Source: Acidimicrobiales bacterium
GTDB lineage: Bacteria > Actinomycetota > Acidimicrobiia > Acidimicrobiales > Aldehydirespiratoraceae
Direction of reading: 5' to 3'
DNA length: 64,000 bases
NCBI GenBank assembly: GCA_029263175.1
Contig: JAJCXZ010000016.1
Span: 24,554-88,553 of the forward strand
The notes beneath the pieces are model-generated. The model worked only from the letters and a program-made list of their open reading frames with translations. It was not told where the DNA came from and did not search any database. This document shows, in pieces, positions 41,311 to 50,919 of this stretch; position 1 is the stretch's first letter, and every line of letters begins with the position of its first letter. The position numbers and the translations under genes are program-made.

Positions 41311-42359
41311 CGGCCTGCCTCCAGAAAGCCGGCCAGCGCACGGATGTTGGTGCGACGAGACACCGGTCCGGCGAAATTCGCGGCCCGGGCGTATCCCGCC
41401 GAGCGGAGCGATTCCCGCAACTCTGCGTCGGACAGGACTCGGTGGAGAGCGGCGGCGATCGTGGCCGGGGCCTTGTCGCCGAGCAACAGTGCGGCATCGC
41501 CGACCGTCTCGGGAACCGCAGCCGCTCGATGGGCGACCACCGGGAGGCCGTGATGCATCGCTTCGATGATGGGCACACAGAACCCTTCATGAGCAGACAG
41601 GCATGCGAATACATCGGCACGCTCGTACCAGGACGCGAGCTCACCCCCCGAGACAGCGCCTGTGAAACGCACCCGCTCCCCGATTCCGAGCCGACTGGCG
41701 AGGCGCCGAAGTGCGCGTTCGTACCGTCGCGAGGCCATGGATCCCACCAGGACCAACTCCGCCTCGGGACGTCTGGAACCCAGTGCCGCCATCGCCGCGA
41801 TCAAGTCATGATGGCATTTGTTGGGAGCGACGCGACCCACGAAGAGCACGGTCCCACCGTTGGTGGGGGCAAGCCGATGCTCGCGCTCAGCAGCGGCGGG
41901 TAGGGTCCAGAGAACGGGGGCAACGTGAACATCGCCGAACCCGGCCGACCGCATGTCGCGGGCGTTGAACTCTGAAACCGCCAAGCCACCCCGAGCAACC
42001 GGCGCCAGCTGATCGAGTTGTGAGCGACCCCAACGCAAGCCCGAGATCAGGTCTGCGTCCCATGCTTCGACGAGTTCTGGCGGCGTCACATTGTGATAGT
42101 TGACCACCACGGGGATTCGCTCCCGGATCGCTCGATCGGCGATATCTGAGCCGATCGCGTGCTGAAGAACCGTCAGGTTCGCCGTTGCCTTCCAGTCCTT
42201 GAGCAGGGTGACCGGCTCGTCAGAGGTGACGAACTGCACGACGATGCGAACGTCGGCGCCCTCGTCGACCAGGAGGTCGCGCATCAAACGGGTGTGGTTG
42301 CTCGTGGCGTCGTGAGACCCGAGCTCTGAAAGGAGCAGATCAACGCTAAGACCCTTCAC
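41307..42359 (-). CDS. Glycosyltransferase family 4
   Basis: YHNVTP, FVGRVAPNK, HEGFCVPIIEAM; GTGA overlap at 42356-42359. Confidence 0.9.
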   Translation of the reverse strand: MKGLSVDLLLSELGSHDATSNHTRLMRDLLVDEGADVRIVVQFVTSDEPVTLLKDWKATANLTVLQHAIGSDIADRAIRERIPVVVNYHNVTPPELVEAWDADLISGLRWGRSQLDQLAPVARGGLAVSEFNARDMRSAGFGDVHVAPVLWTLPAAAEREHRLAPTNGGTVLFVGRVAPNKCHHDLIAAMAALGSRRPEAELVLVGSMASRRYERALRRLASRLGIGERVRFTGAVSGGELASWYERADVFACLSAHEGFCVPIIEAMHHGLPVVAHRAAAVPETVGDAALLLGDKAPATIAAALHRVLSDAELRESLRSAGYARAANFAGPVSRRTNIRALAGFLEAGR

Positions 42360-43411
42360 CTCGCCTCCAGGAGTGGCCGAAGGGCTGCGGCAAGGGCCGC
42401 TTCGGCCATCTCCAGATCGAAGTCGGTAGCTCGGGCGACTCCGAGTTCGGCCATGCACGAACGGAGACGATCGTCGCCCAGCAGGCGATCGACCGCGCCG
42501 GCGAGCGCCACCGGATTCGGACCGTCGATGAGCAGTCCAGCATCGCCGAGCGTCTCGGGCACCGCGGCGGCATCTCGAGCGACCACCGGCAACCCCGCGG
42601 CCATCGCCTCGATGAGCGGGACACAGAAGCCTTCGTGCTCCGACGCCGACACATAGACCGCTGCCTCGGCGTAGAGCTGATCGAGGGTGGCATCGTCGAT
42701 CGATCCATGGAAGCGGACCGCATCCGTCAGGCCCAAACGCTCCACCAACTCCCGCACGGCAGTGGCATACCGCTCAGAGGAAACACCGCCGACAAGATCC
42801 AGCACCACGTCGGGTCGACGAACCCGAAGGATCGCCATCATGGCGATCAGATCCTCGTGTCGCTTGTTCGGCGCAATGCGCCCGACGAAGAGCACGCTGG
42901 CTTGGCGGGCCACGGGCGCGAGGGCCTGGCGAACTCGTGGCGGTCGCCAGAGCACGGGGACGACAGTCACCTGTTCCATGCCCAACGCCTCCAGCTCAGC
43001 CGCGTTGTAGTGGCTGTCGGCGATAGCCGAGTGTGCGTGCCGGGCGAGTCGGGAGAGTTGACGGCGGGCCGCGTCGAGCTCAGCGCCGATATGGGGCTCC
43101 CAAGGTTCAAACGAGCTCGATGGCGTGACGTTGTGGTAGTTCAGTACGAGTTTGGTGTCGGACTCCAACAGGTGCTCCGCCACCGGCGATCCCGTGGACA
43201 TCTGGTAGATCAGCAGATCTGGCGGGGCAAAGCGTTCGTGATCCCGAAAGTTGTGGGCAACCATCCCAGCATCGGCGTTCACGTGAGCGGCAAAGTTCTC
43301 GACAACACAGCCCATCGACCGCAGCACTCGATCCACTCCGACGGTGTGCTGGCCGACCGCATCTCGACCGGCGAGCACAGCCGTGAACTGATGAACCCGC
43401 GGCGAATTCAC
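42356..43411 (-). CDS. Glycosyltransferase family 4 (paralog of the adjacent gene)
   Basis: YHNVTP, FVGRIAPNK, HEGFCVPLIEAM. Confidence 0.9.
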   Translation of the reverse strand: MNSPRVHQFTAVLAGRDAVGQHTVGVDRVLRSMGCVVENFAAHVNADAGMVAHNFRDHERFAPPDLLIYQMSTGSPVAEHLLESDTKLVLNYHNVTPSSSFEPWEPHIGAELDAARRQLSRLARHAHSAIADSHYNAAELEALGMEQVTVVPVLWRPPRVRQALAPVARQASVLFVGRIAPNKRHEDLIAMMAILRVRRPDVVLDLVGGVSSERYATAVRELVERLGLTDAVRFHGSIDDATLDQLYAEAAVYVSASEHEGFCVPLIEAMAAGLPVVARDAAAVPETLGDAGLLIDGPNPVALAGAVDRLLGDDRLRSCMAELGVARATDFDLEMAEAALAAALRPLLEAR

Positions 43412-44337
43412 GGTGTTGTGGCGATGACCAGGCGGGTTACTCGAGGCCCGGGCGAGTCAACCAGGCTGACGGCCGCCCCACGGCGCTCCAACAAGTGCGC
43501 CCACGTCTCCGGCGAGATTCCTCGGCCCTGCCGCAGCTCGGCTTCGATAGGTGAACGATTGCCCGGGTCGGCAACGGCGACAACAACACGACCACCGACA
43601 GCGAGGCGATCCAGGGAGATGTCGATCAGGTCGACCAACATCGCGACAGGCAGCGTCTCCACGAACCCGGCCAGGACGAGACCGTCGACCGATCCGGTTT
43701 CGAGTTCGACCAGATGGGTCCGGGGATCACCGGTCCGGAGATCAAGCCCGCGTTCGACGCCAGGCAGAAGCGCCACCGCATCACGATCGACCCCGTACGC
43801 GGATCCGCCTGCTTCGTCCAGCGCTGCCACAACCTCACCGTCGCCACAGGACAGCACCACCGTGCGACCGGAGCCCACTTCTCGAGCAATGGCGGCCGAG
43901 GTTGCCGGCGAGGGTGCGTCCGGCGGGTCGAGCAGTTCTCGGTCGTCGCGATAAATGCCGACGACGTGCTCGACGTGATCGAGGCGCTCGTTCATCCGTC
44001 GCAAGAGCCGCGTCAGCACGCCGGAGAATGCATTCATCTGATCGGTGACGTAGCGGAGGTACCAGTACGTGGCCTTCCTGATCGCGCCCTTGACCTCACG
44101 GACGCCGCGCCGCTCCCCTATCGGCGCATCAACGTCGATGAGTGCCAGTCGATCGGCTCGGTCCAGCAGCAGCTCCCCTGGATCATCTCCCGCCGCACCC
44201 GGGGGCGCGACGTCGATCCAGGCGCGCTCGATGTCACGCTCGAGCCGAGCCAGCTCGGGGTCCTGTCGACGACGGGTCTCCGCATCGGCTTCGATCTCGG
44301 CTCGTATCCGGTTGATGTCGAACGACTTCTCTGGCAC
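43408..44337 (-). CDS. Helical/coiled-coil N-terminus plus degenerate class I SAM-methyltransferase-like domain
   Basis: VVLSCGDG (motif I-like), AYGVD, GSVDGL, RLAVGGRVVV; N-terminal helices. Confidence 0.65.
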   Translation of the reverse strand: MPEKSFDINRIRAEIEADAETRRRQDPELARLERDIERAWIDVAPPGAAGDDPGELLLDRADRLALIDVDAPIGERRGVREVKGAIRKATYWYLRYVTDQMNAFSGVLTRLLRRMNERLDHVEHVVGIYRDDRELLDPPDAPSPATSAAIAREVGSGRTVVLSCGDGEVVAALDEAGGSAYGVDRDAVALLPGVERGLDLRTGDPRTHLVELETGSVDGLVLAGFVETLPVAMLVDLIDISLDRLAVGGRVVVAVADPGNRSPIEAELRQGRGISPETWAHLLERRGAAVSLVDSPGPRVTRLVIATTP

Positions 44338-44338
44338 G

Positions 44339-44352
44339 CCTGGACGCTACCG
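44339..44352. repeat. 14-bp direct repeat, copy 1 (CCTGGACGCTACCG)
   Basis: Identical to 47051-47064; the two copies flank the YfhO-like gene. Confidence 0.7.
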
Positions 44353-47046
44353 GTCAGAGGTCGCGCGCGAGCGGAGTCGGGTCGGGGCAACCCAACACCC
44401 GACGCAGGCGAGCAGCGCGAGCAGGAAGACCGCAACACTCAGATCGAGACGTCGTGGCCGGAAGTTCAGCTCGACGGTGTGTTCGCCTGCCGGGACGACT
44501 ACTCCGATGAACGACGCTTCGGCCTGCACGATGTCGGCGGACTGGCCGTCGATACGAGCGGCCCAGCCGGGATAGTTGTTGACGGAGAACACGACGAGAT
44601 GTGGTTCGTCGGATGAGACATCGGCACGAATCGAATCGGTCGCATACTCGACCCCGTCGATCCGCCCGGCGACCGCGGAACCGAGGTCGACCAACTCGTC
44701 AACCACCGCGACCGACGGATCTTCTCCGGTTCTGGTCGCAATGATTCGAGCTGCCGCTACGGGATCGGGTTCAACGACGGCACCCGCAAAGCTCCGAACC
44801 CCGGTCGCCCCGAGTCGCTCCGTCAGCAAGACATCACCGGCCCGAATCAGCCGGTAGTCGTCGCCGCCGGCGATCGTGCCGAGAACCGCCGCGCCGTCCT
44901 CGCCTGCCGCCACGACGACTGCACCCCCGACATCGGCGCGGATGCTGACTTCGATCGGCGTACCCGGGGTGTAGTGCTCGCCCACGAGCGCGACCGGCAT
45001 GAGGAACCAGTCCGATCGCTCGCGCCAACGACGGTCGACATGCGTATCACCATCGACTTCGATCGTGACCGTCACGAATGAGGGTTGGGGGATCGATAAA
45101 TCGAAGACCACGGCGCGGAGACCACCCGTCGGCACGGTTGTCTGTCCGGTCAGCTCATTCACCGCGTCGAGCTGAGTGGGGCCGAACGCGGGCTTGTGCA
45201 ACTCGCCGATCGGTGTGCTGTCAGGGAACTGAGCCCAAACACCGACGGCCATCGCGTCCCAGACAGGACTCGTGAGGTCGGTGTCGATCCCGATGTTCGG
45301 GTAGGTGGGTGTGCCCCCGCCCGCTGGCAGCAACATGTTGGCGTCGATCGCTCGGAACAGTTCCTGGTAGCCGGACGGCTTCAGCAGCTGCCCGCGCGCA
45401 TCGTCGATACCGAAGTGGGCGGTGGTGGCGGGGAAGAAGGTCCGCCCCTCCCCGGCAAGGCGTTCGCCGGGATCAAGGGCCTCCTGCACGACGGCGTGAG
45501 CGGGGGTTGCGTGAAGCCGCTCCGCGCGACTGACGATCGTCGGCACGGGCATGGCGAAGAACAAGAGCTCGAACGCAACCACGGAAACGAGCGCCCACCC
45601 CGCGACGCAAGGTCGGATCCATCGGCGCCACCGGGCGACGAGGACTGCCACCACTGTCAACCCAGCAATAGTGGCGACCGCGCTCGTGGCAACCGACTCC
45701 TCGATCGTTCCCGCGGCACGAGCAGCGCGGACCCAATGGCGGACAGATGGGAGCATCACGATGCCAACGGCCATTGCGATCAACGCCGCGAAACGAAGCC
45801 CTCGTCGCACCTCGATTCGATCACCCTCGTGCCACGAATTCGCCCAGCGGTCGACGCCAAGCCCTGCCAGCGCGGCTCCGGCGATGGCGATGAGTACTTT
45901 CGCCCTCGTCATCAGGCCGCCCTGGTTCCCGACAATCGAGTCGAGTGCCGTACCGAGCGGGCCGCCGACATAGGCGACGAGCACGCCGAGAAGCCCCACG
46001 GCGGCCAGGGCGGCCGTCACCGACCGACGGGCGCGGTCAGCGAGTCCTGCGCCAAGACCCATGAGAGCGAGTAGCAGCACGGATGCACCAAGGTGGGTAT
46101 TGAACTCAACCCAGTTGCCTTCGCCGAACCATGGCGCCCCGACGGCATCAGCACCCCAGACCGATGGCGCCAGGGCGCTGAGTAGATATTCGGTGCCGGC
46201 CGACGAGTCGTTCGGGCCTTGACCGCGATGCGACGTGTCAGCCCAGTCCAGGTACTCGCCAAAGGCGATCAGATGGGGCGCGGCGAGACCCACCGCGAGA
46301 AGAGCCGCAACGCCACCGACAATCCCGAGCGTGAGGAGCCGTGAGCGATCATCGGCCGCCAGTGTTGGAGTGACGCGAACAACGGCGTAGGCCGCGGCCC
46401 CGAGAAGGACGTAGAGGCTGACTTGCGGGAAGTTGGCCCAGATCATTGCCGCGACGATCACGCCGATCGGAACAGATCGGCGGAGACGGGGATCCTGGAT
46501 CGCTCGTTCGATGGCCCACAGGAGTCCCGGAGCGAGAGCCGCCACTGACGAGTGAGGCCAGTTCATCCATCCGACCATGAACCCGGAGAAGCCGAAGGCA
46601 AGACCACCGGCAAGGGCGCCGATACGACCGCTGCCGAGGGCACGAATGAATCCGGCCATCAAACCGATCGCCGCGAGCGCGCGTATGGCGGCGACCAGCC
46701 CCGGAGCGAACCATCCCGGCACAACCAGATACCCGACGTTGAAGATCGGCACCCCCGCCTTCATCGACGGTTGGCCGCCCGCCAAGCGAGGGTTCCACCA
46801 GCCGAACTCACCGGAACGAATGTCGTGCGCCAACGACTCCCAGTGAGCATGGATGTTGATCGGGTCGCCCGGGCCGTTTTCGTAGGTGTAGGACGCCGGA
46901 CGATGCGCGTCGAACGGAGCTGCAGTGGCCACCAGATCGTGACTGACGAGGGAGCCGCCACCGATCAGCGCTCGCCAGAACGCGAAGACCACGATCGCCA
47001 CGGCCACCAGAGCAGGCAGTCGTCGATCACCCAGGAACCGTCGCAT
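44347..47046 (-). CDS. YfhO-like GT-C membrane protein
   Basis: WWNP...GGQP, LAFGFSGFMVGW, many TM helices, C-terminal NYPGW.A.IDG...GEH.VE..F.P plus a final TM. Confidence 0.82.
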   Translation of the reverse strand: MRRFLGDRRLPALVAVAIVVFAFWRALIGGGSLVSHDLVATAAPFDAHRPASYTYENGPGDPINIHAHWESLAHDIRSGEFGWWNPRLAGGQPSMKAGVPIFNVGYLVVPGWFAPGLVAAIRALAAIGLMAGFIRALGSGRIGALAGGLAFGFSGFMVGWMNWPHSSVAALAPGLLWAIERAIQDPRLRRSVPIGVIVAAMIWANFPQVSLYVLLGAAAYAVVRVTPTLAADDRSRLLTLGIVGGVAALLAVGLAAPHLIAFGEYLDWADTSHRGQGPNDSSAGTEYLLSALAPSVWGADAVGAPWFGEGNWVEFNTHLGASVLLLALMGLGAGLADRARRSVTAALAAVGLLGVLVAYVGGPLGTALDSIVGNQGGLMTRAKVLIAIAGAALAGLGVDRWANSWHEGDRIEVRRGLRFAALIAMAVGIVMLPSVRHWVRAARAAGTIEESVATSAVATIAGLTVVAVLVARWRRWIRPCVAGWALVSVVAFELLFFAMPVPTIVSRAERLHATPAHAVVQEALDPGERLAGEGRTFFPATTAHFGIDDARGQLLKPSGYQELFRAIDANMLLPAGGGTPTYPNIGIDTDLTSPVWDAMAVGVWAQFPDSTPIGELHKPAFGPTQLDAVNELTGQTTVPTGGLRAVVFDLSIPQPSFVTVTIEVDGDTHVDRRWRERSDWFLMPVALVGEHYTPGTPIEVSIRADVGGAVVVAAGEDGAAVLGTIAGGDDYRLIRAGDVLLTERLGATGVRSFAGAVVEPDPVAAARIIATRTGEDPSVAVVDELVDLGSAVAGRIDGVEYATDSIRADVSSDEPHLVVFSVNNYPGWAARIDGQSADIVQAEASFIGVVVPAGEHTVELNFRPRRLDLSVAVFLLALLACVGCWVAPTRLRSRATSDR

Positions 47047-47050
47047 CGCC

Positions 47051-47064
47051 CCTGGACGCTACCG
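47051..47064. repeat. 14-bp direct repeat, copy 2 (CCTGGACGCTACCG)
   Basis: Identical to 44339-44352. Confidence 0.7.
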
Positions 47065-47077
47065 TCGCGGGCAGTCC

Positions 47078-48454
47078 ATGGCCGTTCTCCTCCTCTCGCT
47101 TGCTGACACGAGCCCCGTCCTCGTGGGTTTCCCCGACGGCGCCCGGCTCCACGAACTGGCGGCTGACATCATCACCAACGCGTTCAGTGCTGACCCGTCC
47201 ATCGACGCGATCATCACCGACGCGATCGTCGACGGAGTGAGTCGGCGACGCCCGGGGTGGTCACCCACGACAGTGCTCACCGACCCGACGGAACTCTCGC
47301 TTCTCGCCGTCCGCGGCGACCGTGCACCTCTCGGCGGAGGTGCACTACACGAACGGATTGCCGCCGCCCGGCTCCTTCACGCTCAGCGAGCCAACGTCGC
47401 ACACATCCCCGCGCCCCTCCTCACCTCGACGCGTGAAGCCGTGGATGGCGAGGCACAGTCGGCGCTCGACGGGTTCGCTGCCGCGCACTTCGATGACGCG
47501 AACTTGGTCGCGGCCGAACGCCCCGGCACGTTTCGGCTCAGGGGCGACAACTCGCCGGCCATGACCGCCGTGATCCCGACCGCAGGAACGCCCGGACCGG
47601 ACGGTTCGCCGATGGTAGAGCAGGCGATCCTCGCCGCGCTCTCGGGCTCACCGGCGATGTCCGTCATCGTGGTGATCGGCGACGAATACCCCGGCGAGGC
47701 CACCTTCCGCGACCCGCGGGTGTCGGTGGTCCGTCGAGCTCCCGGACCGTTCAACTTCTCTGTGGCGGTGAACACCGGCATCCTTCACGCCACTACCGAA
47801 CTCGTGATGCTGCTCAACGACGACGTGAGCGACGGTGCCGCTCACCCCGCCGACCTGGGCTGGGCCGATCAGATGGCAGTTCACCTTCAGGACCCGTCCG
47901 TCGGCCTCGTGGGTGCACTCCTGCGATACCCGAACGGTTCGATTCAACACGCGGGGATCGTGCTCGACGACGCGCGCCCGCTGCACTCCTTTGTCGGGTC
48001 AGCCATCGACGACCTGATCCACAACCACGCCGATGTTGCACGCGATGTGATTGCGGTGACTGGCGCGTGCATGCTCATCCGGCGGTCGGATGCGCTTGCA
48101 GTCGGCGGTTTCAGCACCGAGTTCCCGCTGTCGTTCAACGACATCGACTTCTGTCTGAAGCTTCGCCGGATGAACCGTCGTGTCATCATCGAGCCTGCCG
48201 CATCGCTGACCCATCACGAGAGCGCAAGCCGTGAAGCCGTCGCCGCGCCGTGGGAGTGGGACCGCTACATCGATCGATGGGGCCACGTGGAGGATCCGTG
48301 GTACCACCCCGGCCACGCCCGGCCCGACGATCCCCGTCATCTCGCCCGCAACGCCGACCATCTCGACCCGGACCAGGTGCCATTCATCGCCGAGCCGCGC
48401 GGCACCGCGATCCGATGTCGGGTCCACCACAGTCGTATTCCCGACGCCGGTTAG
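47078..48454 (+). CDS. GT2 glycosyltransferase (RfbC/WsaE-type C-terminal domain, degenerate N-terminal domain)
   Basis: FNFSVAVN, LLNDD, IQHAG, AVTGACM, FNDIDFCL, HHESASR. Confidence 0.85.
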   Translation: MAVLLLSLADTSPVLVGFPDGARLHELAADIITNAFSADPSIDAIITDAIVDGVSRRRPGWSPTTVLTDPTELSLLAVRGDRAPLGGGALHERIAAARLLHAQRANVAHIPAPLLTSTREAVDGEAQSALDGFAAAHFDDANLVAAERPGTFRLRGDNSPAMTAVIPTAGTPGPDGSPMVEQAILAALSGSPAMSVIVVIGDEYPGEATFRDPRVSVVRRAPGPFNFSVAVNTGILHATTELVMLLNDDVSDGAAHPADLGWADQMAVHLQDPSVGLVGALLRYPNGSIQHAGIVLDDARPLHSFVGSAIDDLIHNHADVARDVIAVTGACMLIRRSDALAVGGFSTEFPLSFNDIDFCLKLRRMNRRVIIEPAASLTHHESASREAVAAPWEWDRYIDRWGHVEDPWYHPGHARPDDPRHLARNADHLDPDQVPFIAEPRGTAIRCRVHHSRIPDAG

Positions 48455-48463
48455 AGTCCGAAC

Positions 48464-48715
48464 GTGTCCAAACCGCTGAACGACCCGATCGACAGCACCG
48501 ATCCGGTTGCGCTCAAGGCTGAGATTCTTCGAGCCCGAGACGAAGCACACGGCGCTCGCACCGAGGCCGAGGTACAAGCCGATCGCGTCGCCGAACTGGA
48601 GGCCGAACTGCACGCACAAGGCGCCGTGCTCGAGGGCCTCGGGGTGGAGATGAACGCCCCTCTCGTGCGAATCGCTCGCTCGATCCAGCGCCGCCTTCCC
48701 GGCACACGGTCATGA
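48464..48715 (+). CDS. Small coiled-coil protein
   Basis: 83 aa heptad-rich helix ending in a basic amphipathic tail; TAGAGT 6 nt upstream; ATGA overlap with the next GT2. Confidence 0.7.
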   Translation: MSKPLNDPIDSTDPVALKAEILRARDEAHGARTEAEVQADRVAELEAELHAQGAVLEGLGVEMNAPLVRIARSIQRRLPGTRS

Positions 48716-49707
48716 CTCGCCCGATCGACGATCTCCTCGGCGGTCTCGGCACCATCTCTTCGCCGTCCGCCGGAACACCGTCGTTCACCGTGATCGTCCG
48801 CACCCAGGGCAACCGACCAGGTTCGCTCGCCGAGGCACTTGCATCCCTCGCGGCCCAAACGCACTATCCGTTCGATGTCGTCGTCACCGTTCACGACGAT
48901 GACCCCGACGCGACCCCTCGGGTCGAGTCTCTCGCCCGAGAGTCGGTCCTGCCCGACGCTGTGCGTTTTGTGCCCGTGATTGGCGGCGGCCGCTCACGAC
49001 CCCTCAACGTCGGTCTGACAGAAGCCACGGGCCACTATGTCTGCTTCCTCGACGACGACGACCTGGCGATGCCCGACTGGCTCGCTGCGTTTGCCCGGGC
49101 GTTGTCCAAGAACCCGGGGGCCGTGGTCCGGTCAGTCAGCCAATCGCAGGCGTGGACCACTGACGGGGGCGCGGAGCCGGTTCGAGCCGTCGGTCCGATC
49201 GAACGGCCCTTTGCGCCGTCGTTCGACCTCCTCGCGCACTTCAGTCACAATGAAACGCCCATTTGTTCAATCGCTCTCCCGCTCGAGCTACTCCGTTCGG
49301 CGGAGATCACGTTCGACGAGTCGCTTCCGGTCTACGAAGACTGGGATCTCCTCATGCGAGTGGCCATGCTGGCTGGTGTCGTTTCCATTCCCGACGAGAC
49401 CTCCCTGTACCGTCGCCTCGACGACGCCAACGCCGACAGCGCCGAGACGGTGGCCATTTGGGAAGCGACCCACACCAAGGTGCTCGACCGCTTGTCGGCC
49501 CGACCTCTCGTGCTTCCCGCGGGCGACGCCCGACGGCTGGCCAGCGCCCACTTCGACGTCGGCGGCGGAAGTCGCCACGATCGCGAACTCGTCGAAGCCC
49601 GTCAGGAAATCGATGAGCTCACGAAGTCGCCAGCGCGCTGGGCTGTTCGCTTCGCAAAGCGGGCGAGCGGAGCGGTCGGTGCCAGGATCTCAGCGCGGCG
49701 GCAATGA
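48712..49707 (+). CDS. GT2 glycosyltransferase with C-terminal helical tail
   Basis: VIVRTQG.R, GRSRPLN.G, FLDDDD, FDESLPVYEDWD. Confidence 0.88.
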   Translation: MTRPIDDLLGGLGTISSPSAGTPSFTVIVRTQGNRPGSLAEALASLAAQTHYPFDVVVTVHDDDPDATPRVESLARESVLPDAVRFVPVIGGGRSRPLNVGLTEATGHYVCFLDDDDLAMPDWLAAFARALSKNPGAVVRSVSQSQAWTTDGGAEPVRAVGPIERPFAPSFDLLAHFSHNETPICSIALPLELLRSAEITFDESLPVYEDWDLLMRVAMLAGVVSIPDETSLYRRLDDANADSAETVAIWEATHTKVLDRLSARPLVLPAGDARRLASAHFDVGGGSRHDRELVEARQEIDELTKSPARWAVRFAKRASGAVGARISARRQ

Positions 49708-50857
49708 GCAGAACCCAGTTATAGGAGAACCACAACACAAAGCTCTCGGTGGCGTTCTCCACGACCAGAAACAGTGTCAACGCCAGCCAGAACCACGACC
49801 GGGCCGATGGTTGATGCCACGCCCAGCGCAGCGTGCCGGCGACCGCGGCGAGAACAACGACTGCCCAGAGGACGAGCCCGACGACACCGAGACCGAGCAG
49901 GATCTCGGGCACCGATCCGTGGGCACTGCCCCGTTGGAGCAGTTCGTGTTCGCCGATGAGCTCGGGAACGGTCCAGAACCCTTCGAACCCTGAGCCGCGA
50001 ATCGGGTGGTCAGCGATGCGTTCGCCAACCAGGTCCCAGATGGTCCGCCGCTGCACGAATGTCGACTCGTCCCAGCGAGAAGCGACTGCCGCGACCGCCC
50101 CGAACAGCCCGAGAGCTCCCGTCACGGCCGCCGCGGCCGGGACCAGGGGTCCCGAGCGTTCGCTCATGAGTCGGCGGGTCCAGACAAGCAGCGTCGACCC
50201 ACCGAGTGCGACGAACAGCGCTATCCATGCCGTTCGGCTTCCCGTGCCCAACAACGAGATCCCGGAGATCGCGAGCAGCCCCACCCCTGTCGCCCGACGC
50301 CCCTGCAGGACTCGATCGATCCCCAGAAGGAACGCCACCGCGCACACGGGCGCAAAACCGTTGCGATTCGTGAAGATGCCCTTCCAATCGTCGTTGCGAT
50401 CGAGGCCGGTGCTCGACCAGAACACGACGAGCCCCACGCTGACGAGCACCAGCGTCCCGAACGCAACCGTGGCTGCCCGGCAGAACCGGTCGTGGCTCAG
50501 ATCAGCGAGCACCCATGCGGTGAGCGGCAGTGCCATGTAGACCACGCCTCGCCACAGGGTCGGCTCGGGATTGACACTCCACAGCACCGACAACGCAGCC
50601 CACGCGCCAAACCCGACGGCGGCAGCCATGAGAACACGATTCGGACGAAAGAGTCGCCGCCCCGATACACGCTGCGAATCGAGCACCACGAGCAGCACGC
50701 TCAAGAGCACCGTTCCCACGATCATCGGCCGGACAATCGGACCCTCCCAAGTTCCGGGAAGATCGAGGCCCTTGCGTTCGATGAAGAAGAGCGGACCGTT
50801 GGTGAGTACCACCAAGGTGAGGGCCGCTACAGCGTCTCGCACCGGGCTCGTGACCAT
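49619..50857 (-). CDS. O-antigen ligase/polymerase (Wzy_C/WaaL-like) membrane protein
   Basis: About 12 TM helices, W.GIF.N.N, TGSRTA, RRTIW, PIRGSG, SAHG; TACGAT 6 nt upstream. Confidence 0.85.
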   Translation of the reverse strand: MVTSPVRDAVAALTLVVLTNGPLFFIERKGLDLPGTWEGPIVRPMIVGTVLLSVLLVVLDSQRVSGRRLFRPNRVLMAAAVGFGAWAALSVLWSVNPEPTLWRGVVYMALPLTAWVLADLSHDRFCRAATVAFGTLVLVSVGLVVFWSSTGLDRNDDWKGIFTNRNGFAPVCAVAFLLGIDRVLQGRRATGVGLLAISGISLLGTGSRTAWIALFVALGGSTLLVWTRRLMSERSGPLVPAAAAVTGALGLFGAVAAVASRWDESTFVQRRTIWDLVGERIADHPIRGSGFEGFWTVPELIGEHELLQRGSAHGSVPEILLGLGVVGLVLWAVVVLAAVAGTLRWAWHQPSARSWFWLALTLFLVVENATESFVLWFSYNWVLLIAAALRSWHRPLRSPALRSEQPSALATS

Positions 50858-50919
50858 CTGTGCATCGTAGCGACGGTCGGCTCGCTAGGATCACAGCGCG
50901 CATCAGCGCCTGTCGAACC

